From: Syncephalis fuscata S228
Lineage: Eukaryota; Fungi; Zoopagomycota
Direction: 5' to 3'
DNA: 64,000 bases
NCBI GenBank assembly: GCA_025786725.1
Contig: JAHLTZ010000042.1
Span: forward strand, 62,001 to 126,000
Part shown: piece by piece, positions 16,479 through 27,888 of the stretch
Layout: each line of letters starts with the position of its first letter
Numbering within the stretch: position 1 is the stretch's first letter
The notes under the pieces: model-generated
What the model was told of the DNA's origin: nothing
Databases searched by the model: none
What the model saw: the letters and a program-made list of their open reading frames with translations, nothing else
Program-made: the position numbers and the translations under genes

Positions 16479-19128
16479 ATGCATTCATCACTTTCTAAGC
16501 TACTTTTTGTGCTGGCACTAGCAATCAAATTGAATTTGCCTACTACAAGTAGGTTTTAGAACTCAAATACTATGTTTTATTGTAATTACTAACATGTACC
16601 GAATACTAGATAATTCTGGTAAAAACAATGGCTTAATTTTCGCAAAAGCTACGCCGCTTGATCTTGGCAATTCAATTCAATCCATCGTAGCAACAATTTC
16701 TGATACCGGTAATAAGGCTTTACCTGCCTTGAAGTCAGTAATTCCACTTGAGTCTACCAAGTCAAAGCAAACTGCATCGGCAAGAAACACACCTTCAAAG
16801 TCAGGCCAGATCGATTGGAAATATCCTATTGTACGTCGAGATCAGTCTGTTGTCGAGACCATTCATGGCTATAAGATTGCCGATCCATACCGATGGCTGG
16901 AAGATACTAAAAGCAATGAGACTAAGGTTGGATTTAGTCTAATCAGCTTTTAATAAAACTAACAAATAACTAGGCATTTTCAAGGACCAGAACAAACTGA
17001 CAGACTCTTACTTAAGCCGAAATAGCCAGCGCGATGCTTATACAAGCGCGTAGGTAGCATTAAATGTATTAGCAAAATAGCTATTAATTATCTATTGCAT
17101 TATTAGAGTTACTAAACTATATGGCAGCGACTGGATGAGCACTCCAATGAAAGCTGGCAATTATTACTTTACTTTTTATCAATATAATCTAGATAATCAA
17201 AGTATTTTGTATAAGCAGAAGTCATTGGATGCTGAAAAGACGGTTTTTCTTGATCCAAACCAGTGGGACAAGAATGGTGCTTTTTTTATCAATCAATACT
17301 TATTTTCTGATTCCGGAAAATATTTTGGCTATATTATTAGGAAAAGCGGCAGCGACTGGGGCACCATACGCGTACGTTGTGTTGAAGACAGCCCAAATTG
17401 CAAGGCTGGCCAGGATGCAATTGATGAAGTCAAGTGGACCAAGTTCTTCAACATTGCCTGGTCCCACGATGAGCTCGGCTTCTTTTACACAGTAAGTTAT
17501 AGCTATTATCCACATTGTTTATATTTATTTATTCACAATTGATTAGCGTTATCCAGAACCAAGTGGTAGCGACAAAAATACTGACACCGAGACAAGCAGC
17601 AGTGAAAATGCTAAAGTTTACTACCATCGTCTTGGTACACAACAGTCGAGCGATCAACTAATTGCTGAATATCTGAAACTCCTACTTATGACGTATTCGC
17701 TTCGACAAGCGATGATGGCCGCTGGCTAGTGTAAGAGTTACTGATAATAGTAGTAACGAAAAGGTATGGCTGGCTCGTATGGGTGAAGATGGAAGTGTGC
17801 CCAAAAATATTACATTCAACAAGGTAGTGAATGATATGAATGGCTATTATAATTAGTAGGTGACAATATACATATAGTTAATTTAGCTAAATCAATTTTA
17901 TAGCATTGGCAATGCTGGAGATCGCTTTTATTTTAGTTCTGACAAGAATGCTCCTCGTTTTAAAGTTATTACATATGACATGGCAGCTCCAGAAAAGGGA
18001 TTCATCGATTTGATTCCTCAGCATGGAAAAGACATTTTGAATAATGCATATATTGTAGAAGGTGATTATCTCTTGCTTGAATACATGAAAGATGTAAAAA
18101 GTGCTTTATCGATCCATCAGCTTAGCACTGGCAAAAAAATCCGTGATATACCATTGCCTATTGGCTCAGTGAGCGACATTATAGCATATTCCAAACATAC
18201 CGAAATATTCTTTTCAATGAACTCTTTTTTAAGTCAAGGTACCATTTACCGTTATGACGTTAAATCAGATACACTATCTGTGGTAAATGAATTGAAAACG
18301 CCTGGATTCAATCCCGAGGAATTTGAAACACGCCAGGTATTTGTTAAGAGCAAAGACAGCGTAGAGTTTCCTATGTTCATTACAGCACGCAAAGGAATTT
18401 CACTCGACAAAAGTCACCCAACTATTTTATTTGGTGACGGCAGTTTCTCTTATTCACAAATGCCACAATTCAATACGCTATGGGGTGCTTTCCTCAAACA
18501 TTTTGATGGCATTGTGGCTGTCGCGAATATACGCGGTGGTGGCGAATACGGCACCGAGTGGCATAAAAATGGTATGTTACAAAAGAAGCAAAACACTTTT
18601 GACGACTTCCAAAGTGCCGCCAAATATCTTTCTGAGCAAGGCTACACCAAACCGTCATTGCTAACACTTCAAGGTGACGGTGCTGGCGGCTTACTAGTTA
18701 CCGCCACTGCTAATCAGGCGCCCGAATTGTTCGGATGCGGTCTAGCCAATTATGGTCTTACGGATATGCTACGATTTCACAAGTTTTCCGTTGGAGGTGC
18801 CTGGACAACGGAATTTGGCAATCCTGATGTTAAAAGTGATTTTGAATATTTATTACGGTATTCTCCATTACACAATGTCAATGCCAACAAAACTTATCCA
18901 GCACTACTTTTAAGCACGCCAGATCAATTGGACCGTATATCACCATTAAATTCATACAAGTTAGCTGCTGAACTTCAATATAAACTACCAAAGAATCCCA
19001 ATCCACTGATGCTTCGTATTATTGAAAATTATGAAGTTGATGGAGAATCAACAACGGCTTGGATTACTCAAGTTGTGGATAGGCTTTCATTTATGGCAAT
19101 ATCTCTTAATCTAAAATGGCATGATTAA
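16479..19128 (+). CDS. Secreted prolyl oligopeptidase (S9A) homologue, predicted catalytically inactive
   Basis: Hydrophobic N-terminus MHSSLSKLLFVLALAI. POP motifs YPIVRRD, ADPYRWLED, FLDPN, SGSDW, VYYHRLGT, ANIRGGGEYG, KQNTFDDF and YSPLHN. The nucleophile elbow reads GDGAGG instead of GGSNGG. Confidence 0.88.
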
Positions 19129-20133
19129 GTAATAATCAAATGATTATCAAAATTAATAAACACCGTTTAAATATAGCTGCTTATTATTTGATTAATAAGA
19201 TAAAACTATTACAACGCAGATACGTGTATCATATTAAATTATACTAAATTGTATTGTTTTTTAAATGTTATAGCATTCATTGTTACTATTTCGCATATTC
19301 AATAACTTGGTGTTAAAGCTTAGCTATATCATTACCAATTGGCAATCCAAATTAATCACCAATACTATTATCATATGATTTGCATCGAATTATCAATACG
19401 CATGATTAGCTTGCGAATAAACATCCGGTCCTGCTGATTTCAAGTAACAATTTCAATTGATATTCTTACCAACAACTCAGGCCCTTTGTAAAATAATTGT
19501 TAATTGTTATCAACTATGTAACTTATTGCAAAGATATTATTTACCTTAATAAATAGAATAATACTCATACTAATTGCTAAAAGAAAAGAACAAATTATAA
19601 GTCTAAATTCTTCTTAATTATTTTTAAAGTTCATTTATTATAAAACGAAATTATTATCTACTATATCTACTATAAATCATTCGACTAGTTAACGTTGCTA
19701 GTATGCTTATTATTTTACTTTAAAATAATAGCAGTATGTTATTATATATCTTATTTAGTTTATTAAGTAAATAAAAAATAAATCAACGTATTGTAGTTAG
19801 CTACATTTAATATCGCGACATTGACATTGCTCATTTAACAATAATATCAACTGTGTATTAACTATTTAATGTGCTTTGGAGTCAAATGACTATGTTGATA
19901 ACATTTACGCAGCTGAACTACAAGTTCATTCTATTGAAGATGAAGTTGGGTGGTAAGTTTTATTAATGATCAAATCAATACATTTATTGTCATTCGAGGG
20001 TCAAATGATTACATTTATAAATATCCACACATTTAAACCACACATTATAATACAAATAAAAATCAATTATATTGAATTATAATGACATTGTACTGTTTCT
20101 TTTTGAATGCTACAAAATTACATTAGTATATTA

Positions 20134-23100
20134 AATTATAATAAAGTGAATAAAATTGTGATGAAAATTATAGTAAATAATCAGTTTATTAATATAAATA
20201 TGAATAGAAAGTGTTTTGTATTAATATCCATTCGTTGTTATTTGAACTAACTAAACATTGCTTAAAATGACAAAGTTTGATTTGATGGTAGTAAAAGTAT
20301 ATGCTTTATTAATGGTGCATGATTTTCAAGTCCTGTTTACCATTAATTACTAGTCTGAAGTTTATTAGGCCATCGGCTGTCTGAAACTATATAATTGCTA
20401 TTGGCCTTGATAGCAATTTCTGATAATAAACTATTAACAGCTGTACGACAAATCCATCTAATTTGTTATCAGCTGCTACTGTAATTACGATGTTAGTTGT
20501 AATAAAGGCAGAAATAACAATAGTATATCTTTTTTAATACCATTGCGTTTACTAAAATACATCGGAATTTAAAAGGAAAGTGCAAGTATCGAAAACTTTA
20601 GCCGTGCATTTACATGAAAAAAGTCTTCAATACTTGTACGTTCCAAATCCATCCTCTGCGGCCCTGTAATGCATAGGGTAAAACAGGTTATTTTTAATGC
20701 AAGTAATTAATGCATAGTCTATAACTATTGGTCGTCATACTATTAGTCGCCTTATCTTTGTTGCAGACTTTATTTTTATACAATAAAATACCAATTTAAT
20801 TTAATAAAACCATCAAGTCTAATTGATATAATTAGTTAATGGTATACGGGTGGTTACTATTTAAATAATAATATACAAAATGTATATACGGATATTAAAT
20901 TTGGACAATGCGATTACGCATCACTAAATTAAAGTCATTTTGCAATAGGTGCACGCCATTTGCTTTCCGGTTATTCCGCCTTCCTTGCATTGCTAATAAT
21001 GCTTTTGGTACACTCGTGTTTGTCCAACTCAGGCAAATAGTACCATTTATAAATATATATTTATTGCCATAAAACCATCTGCTATCTATCCGTAATTATC
21101 TTGTTTTCTCTATTTATACTGCTAACTATGAAGTCGTTATATCTTCTACTTATCTCAGCATTGATGGTCAATGCTGCTTCATTGGAGAAACGAGAAACAA
21201 GCGAGGCTGACGCAGCTGTTAATGTCGATGCAAACATCCAGCAGCTAACCAGTCTTACACTTAATAATCGGTAAGCATTTATACTGTTGTAATTTCCACA
21301 CTTACATATTAGAACAGTGTTGTATGGGATCGATTGAATGAAATGACATCAAAGTTTGGCTCACGTCTTACTGGCTCGAAAGGATTGGCGGATGTAAGTG
21401 GCGTGCAAATTGCTTATAGTCAACTAAATGAATACCGATAATTGCTAGTCAACAAAGTGGATTGTGGACCAAATGAAAGCCGATGGCCTTAGCCCAACGC
21501 TCGAGGGAGTCAAGGTCAAGCATTGGACTCGAGGACGTGAATATCTTGTGCATGTCAATGTTGAAGGAGCGCCAAAGGGTCAGCGTGATATTAAGCTGAC
21601 CACACTAGGCAGATCGGCTGCTACCTCACCTAACGGCATTGTAGCTGATATTGTTGTTGTGCGTAACTTCGCTGAGTTGTCTAAGCTGGGCCAGCAAAAT
21701 GTACACGGTAAAATTGTACTTTTTAATGAACCATGGCAAGGCTACGGCGCCACTGTTGCCTATCGTCTGCGAGGAGCCCAAGAAGCGGCCAAATACGGTG
21801 CAGTGGCCGTAATCATTGCCTCAGTTACGCCTGAATCGTCAAGTGATACTCTGCATACCGGATTGACTCTGCCAGCATCGATACCAATTGCAGCTATTAC
21901 ACGAAGTGATGCACGCAATTTTGCTGCTTTGTATAATCGTGCTATAAAAGATCCCGCTAAGTATAAAGTGCCTCGATTGTTTTTTTATACCGAATCGCAT
22001 CTTGATCCCAAAGAGTATGATGGCTACAACATTGTGGTTGACGTAAAAGGCCGTGAATCGCCTGAAAAAATTGTTTTATTGGGTGGACATATTGATTCGT
22101 AAGTAGCAATATGATGGAACATTAAAAATGTTTATTTATTGCATAATCTAGATGGGATATTGGAGTCGGTGCTGTTGATGATGGTGCTGGCGCTTTCACT
22201 AGCTGGGAAGCATTACGGGCTATTGCTCGCTTGCCTCAACGACCTAAGCGTACCGGTAAGTAATAGTCTACTTTTGTTTTATCTACTAATGTTATTTGTA
22301 GTACGACTTGTTTTATGGGTCGACGAAGAGCAAGGAAATGCTGGTGGAAATGGTTATGCGGCTGCTCATGCCAAAGAATTAAAAATCATGTCATGGCACT
22401 TGAGACTGATCTTGGCAACTTTGAACCAGCTGGTATAATATTTTCGGGAAGCAATAATGCAGCTAATATTTTGAAATCAATTGGTGAAAAATATCAAAAG
22501 CCTAAAGTTGGGCAGTTTGCCGGTGATGTCGATGTCGTGTGTAAGTTGATACCTACTTTTACCAATAAACATTGACATGGTTGTATATGAATAATAGCGG
22601 GCGATACAGGTGCCGATATTGCACCGCTTTGCAATGCCGGTGTGCCTTGTGCTGGCTTACTATCGCGCGATCCAATTACCGGAGAGCTCCAGGAATCAAC
22701 TATGGCTACTTTAATGTTCATCACAGGTAGTTATTTAAATTGTTTATTGTTTATCTGTTAATTAACTATATTGACTATAGCCATGGTGATCAGATGTCAT
22801 TTTTGAAACCAGAACAATTGGCCAAAAATGCTGCTGCATTGGCTATTTGGACCTATGCTGTAGCAGAACAAGCTGTTGATCTACCTCGCAGTTAATTGTG
22901 CAATTAACGAATAAACTGAATTATCAATTGCAATTTATTTCAACAACAATAAGCATAGATTAATACTGCTATTCATGAATTTGGCCTAAAAGTGTAGCTC
23001 AATTATTCTTATAAGCAATAACTAATAGATTTTGGCATTAATATTAAATTACAATTAAAGGAAATAATAAGCGATACATGTCATAATATACAATTAAATT

Positions 23101-23152
23101 ATTGTATTTTATATTAATGAATACGTGCATAATAAAAGAGAATAAACGTTTA
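20134..23152 (+). repeat. Left arm of ~3.0-kb inverted repeat (promoter, M28 gene and 3' flank)
   Basis: Reverse complement of ~36676-39693, near-identical including introns and about 1 kb of upstream DNA. Confidence 0.95.
21128..22895 (+). CDS. Secreted M28 metallopeptidase (carboxypeptidase Q/PGCP-like, PA domain), copy 1
   Basis: Signal peptide MKSLYLLLISALMVNA plus LEKR. Motifs FGSRLTGS, WTRG, PA domain, GGHIDSWD, DDGAG, DEEQG, ETDLG and YFNVHH...D. Two apparent 1-nt deletions (~22382, ~22685) relative to copy 2. Confidence 0.9.
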
Positions 23153-23533
23153 ATTCACTTTGCATCTTTAATATTAATATAAAAAACTAAAACAACATAA
23201 CATACAATTATTGACACAAATTCCGAATAACTCGTAATAAAAATAGGGCCAATCAACAGCAATAATGACTATCGAATTTAAAGATCCGCATCCAGTCATC
23301 TATTTTAACAAATTACATGTGCCTTCCATACACGCACACACACACACAAGGCCATTCATTCGCCAATACATTGAAGTACGCACCTCGTGTTGCTTTTACT
23401 CTCCTTTCATCATTTATAATCTCCTTACTACAAGCTACTATCCCTTCTACTACTTTTACTACTCCTACTACTGTTATCTTTTTATTATTCATATCTATCC
23501 TAGTGTTGTTGCTGTTACTATTTTACTTTCAAT

Positions 23534-25086
23534 ATGGCTCATGTAAGTGCTCATCAAGCAAATAGTAATGATGATGATGATAATAATAATGATGACATTG
23601 ACGCGTCCTATTTACATCTATCTTGTATTTATACTATTAATACGAAAACCAGCGTATTGGTGCTCGTAGAAAGAATTCAAAGAAGGGCTACAATTCACGA
23701 TTATGGTCGTGGGTAAGTTATTTGCTGTTATTTAACAATAGCTTACAATTTAAACTGCTTTATTTAAACAACAATTGACTATCTAATAACAACAACAACA
23801 ATAATAATAATAGGCGCCTCAGGCTCTGGACGTACTACATTTGTGAATACGCTTTGTGACAAGCAAGTAATTGAGCACAGAGAACCAGATACAACTGTTA
23901 CTGGTGTTCAAATTCGCCCAATCACAGTCGGTACGTTTATTAATGATTGACAGTAATTGACACTTATAGTTGATTAACAAAATAATTTATAACATGCAAT
24001 AGATTTGGAAGAAGAGGACATCAAGATTAATTTGACAATTGTAGATACACCAGGATTTGGTGACAGTATCGACAATGAAAGTAGTTTCAACGATATCCTT
24101 AGGTATACCGAGAAGCAGTATGACGATATTCTGGCCGAAGAATCACGTATTAAGCGTAATCGTAAATTCCGTGACAGTCGTATTCACGCCCTCCTCTACT
24201 TTATTGCCCCAACAGGTCATGGGTAAGTACAACTGAGCTATATGCACACTATAATGACGATTATACTGATGGGTCTATGTATGCGCTATTTTGAATGTTT
24301 ATGACATAGATTACGTGAATTGGATATTGAACTAATGCGACGACTTGGCCCCCGTGTCAATGTTATCCCAGTCATTGGCAAGGCTGATTCATTTACTCGT
24401 AAGGAATTGACCGACTTTAAACGCCGTGTTATGGAAGACATTGATCATTATAAGATTCCTATTTATAATTTCCCTTATGACGATGAGGAAGATGATGACG
24501 ACACGGTTGAAGAGAACTGCGAATTGCGCAGTCTACTTCCATTTGCTATTATTGGTAGTGAAGAAACCACGGACACGGACGAAGGACCCGTTCGTGTTCG
24601 TCGCTATCCATGGGGTACGGCCCATGTTGAGAATCCAAACCATTGTGATTTTGCCAAACTGCGTTACGCTCTACTATCAACGCATTTGACCGATCTTAAG
24701 GAGATTACGCACGACTTTTTGTATGAAAACTATCGTACAGAGAAGTTGAGTCTAGGTGCTGAAGATGAGGAGACTGAGTAAGTTAAATAATAATAGTAGT
24801 GGTAATATAAGCTAATTTGTTATCAATTACTTGCATATAGAGATGAAGAGGAAGAAGATGAAACGACATCTCAAGTAAGAATCAAGGAAGAACACTTGCA
24901 AGCGGAGGAAGAAAGAGTAAGTAGATTAAAACTATAGGACTAGATTGTAATCTAATTTAATACTATTTAAAATAGTTACGTGAAAAGGAGCTTCGCGTTC
25001 AACGTGAAATTTCAGAGAAGCGACAAGAATTACTGGCCAAGGAAGAGGCACTTCGTTCATTGGAGGCCCGCCTTACCAAGACGTAA
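23534..25086 (+). CDS. CDC11: Septin, Cdc11-type
   Basis: Polybasic RRKNSKKG, QFTIMVVGASGSGRTTFVNTLC (G1 with Arg as in Cdc11), DTPGFGD, GKADS, RRYPWG, LYENYRTEKL and a C-terminal coiled coil. Confidence 0.85.
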
Positions 25087-25279
25087 TGCTTTTTACTTTC
25101 ATTCGTCGATTCTTCTCTTTAATTGGACAATGGCAACACAAACGTCTCAGCATATTGCTATTAGTATCGATGTAGATGATGCCAATAGGATCATGTATAC
25201 ACACACACCTGCACACATTGATTCACTTTGAATATAAAGGTTTTATCTTCATTCTAAATCATAATAATAATATAATGAT

Positions 25280-26627
25280 CTACATCTTTTTAACGAGTGT
25301 AAATGGAAGTAGCGTGCCAAAGGGTAGATGCTGTACAACGGGGAATTTGCCCAATACTTCCGCTTGATACATACGAAGCATACCAATATTCACCTTGGAC
25401 CAGGTTGGTACCATAGCAATATCGTTTAGTACTGGTGAATGTTCGTGGAATGGACCAGATTTAACCTAAAGCGAGCTATGATTAGGTGTAGAATAATAGG
25501 CAACAGTGTACTTACGGTATGAATAACACGTATACAATCAAAATACATATAATCGTCGGCTCCTTCGTCGACCATCGATTTATTTAGAATGGACAATGGA
25601 CGATAGACCGATTGATCTGATTAAATTAGTAATTATTTTAATAAAATGAACCGTCTATTTACCACGTAATTGGGCACTTCCCCAATAATAAGGTAGGAAT
25701 TGAAAATCATCTAGGCCCCAGACACCATGACTGCCAGCCGGTTCAAGCGAGTAGTCCTTTTGTAATCTCCGTACAAGGCGTAGATAGCTAAGTATAGTAA
25801 TTGCATTAATTAATAGCATTAGCGGTAGTAGTAAGAGCAGTTTAATTACCGAGTAAATAGTCTCATAACAATAGCTATTTCGTCCTTTTCTTCTAACAAA
25901 CCAATACCTCGTAAACAGCATAGCCAAGCCACAAATGCCAGTTCATGTCCACTACCATAATCAATACGCGTACCATTGCCAAAAGATGTGGTAAAATAAG
26001 CGACAAGATCATCTAATGCCGGTGATAACGATGATGGCAATACATCAGCTAATAAAGAGACTGAGCGCTATAGTTGTTATATCAGTATACACTACATCGA
26101 AATATGTATTAAATTAATCAGTTACCTCTTCTAAACGTGTTATAAATGAACGAAATGCCTTATTACCAAATCGTTGTGGTGTAGGTAGTGGTGGAAAATC
26201 ATCAATCCACGTATCTAATTCATCCAATAAACTAACAAGGCGTAGTAACATCTATTTATAATAAGATGGTGTTATATAGATTAAAGCATCAGATAGAGAA
26301 AAGTAGAATAAAGCCTACCGTTGATTCCTCACAAGGATCCGATATACGACGATTGAGTGCACATGTGTTTAATTGTTTAATAAAGTGTAATAGGCGTGTA
26401 TAAGCTTCAGACTGTTGCCAAGTAGCCATATCCACCTGGTTATGAATACGTTTTGTAGGTGCCGTCCATACTAGGGTGTCTGGAGTAGTCGACGGGCTGT
26501 TGTCGTTGTTGTTGCTACTACCACTACCGTCATTACTTGCATTCTTATTGCTATTAGTTAAATTGCTAGTAGTAGTAGCAGCAGTAGTAGTAGTAGGACA
26601 ACTAATACGCGTCGGTAATTCAGACAT
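25280..26627 (-). CDS. Phosphotyrosyl phosphatase activator (PTPA, Rrd1/Rrd2 family)
   Basis: Motifs [55 protein letters not shown] and [11 protein letters not shown]. Confidence 0.94.
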
Positions 26628-26811
26628 GTTGTATATAGATACGGGTGTGTACAATAATAGTAAGTAACGAATAAGCAATTCAATAAAAGAAAGTAATAAC
26701 GCCAATGGTGCTTTTTTATTAATAATCTTAATTATATTGAAATAATTAGTTGATTTCCTTATCACATATAATTAGTTCAATACACTGAAGTGTAGATGCT
26801 TTTACACGATC

Positions 26812-27861
26812 ATGTTATGCGTTGAATGTGGCCGTCCAGCCAACACCCTTTATACAGAATATAGTAAGGGCAATATTCGACTGACTCCTTGTGTAAGTTG
26901 TAATAGTAGCGTGTATTTGGCATCGCTACCGACAAAGCAATCTCACTATTGTCAATAGGAATTCTGTAAACGTTTTGTCGATAAATATGTCGAACTAGAC
27001 TTTGTCATTATTTTCATCGATCTTTTACTGCATAAACCGCAGGTATATCGCCATCTATTGTTTAATCGGCTAGAGTATCATGATAAGGGATTTCATGTAG
27101 GTAGTTGGTGGTATAGCAACTATAATAGGATTAACTAATAGTATTCTTAGCCCAGTATTGTTAAGCTAGGCGTGCTACTTGTACTGTTCGACGTGTGTAA
27201 GTTATTTTATTTTGATTAACATGTCCAAGTGTTTATGAGTGACACTTAGATATTCGTTGGTATCGTCTTGAACAATACTATGCCAGTGTTATTCCGCATT
27301 TTTTTCAACTTAGTGCATTGACACAATATATCTATTTGTTATTATTATGCACCATAGGTGGGTAGACAATACATTTGTTATAGAAGTGCTTATCTATATT
27401 AATAGAACTGGGCGTATTTCACGCGACAATTCGCTATATGGTGTGGCTATTATACGCAAAAAAACACCCCATTATAAAGTAGGATAGCATGTACAATTTA
27501 AACAAAAGACTTTTAACACCAGTTGAACAGATACAACTATCTGTCGATGGCTCTGATCATTTCAAGCTTTAGCAAGTTACTGCTTATTCTTATGGTTATT
27601 TGGGAATATTCACGTTTAGAATATGCCCGACTACTTGGCCTATTTGAAATTACTTCCAATTTAGAAGCTGTTTCCGGTAATTAATGACACAATTTCAATT
27701 TACACTGCATTCTAATTGCATTCTGCTTAGTATTTCTAGACTCTGGTCTAACCATTTCATTGCCAATTCTTTTTGTTAGTGTAGCAGTGCGTTGGTTAAC
27801 TCAGTATATATTCATTCAATTGACAGGGAATATTTTGCCATTTGGTTTGATTGCTGCGTAA
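26812..27861 (+). CDS. ARV1: Arv1 sterol/GPI-related ER protein
   Basis: MLCVECGRPANTLYTEYSKGNIRLTPC..C...DKYVELDFVIIFIDLLLHKPQVYRHLLFN is the Arv1 homology domain. Confidence 0.93.
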
Positions 27862-27888
27862 TAAAATGATTATTTTTGTCGCTTATAC

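Noticed and set aside
16479-21100. POPB/OphP-like macrocyclase with a RiPP precursor cluster
   Set aside because: The POP lacks its catalytic residues and has a signal peptide. I found no MSDIN-like or repeat-core precursor ORF nearby.
24093-24100. ATATCCTT U12-like donor in the septin
   Set aside because: It lies within a continuous conserved coding exon (FNDILRY), so no intron is needed.
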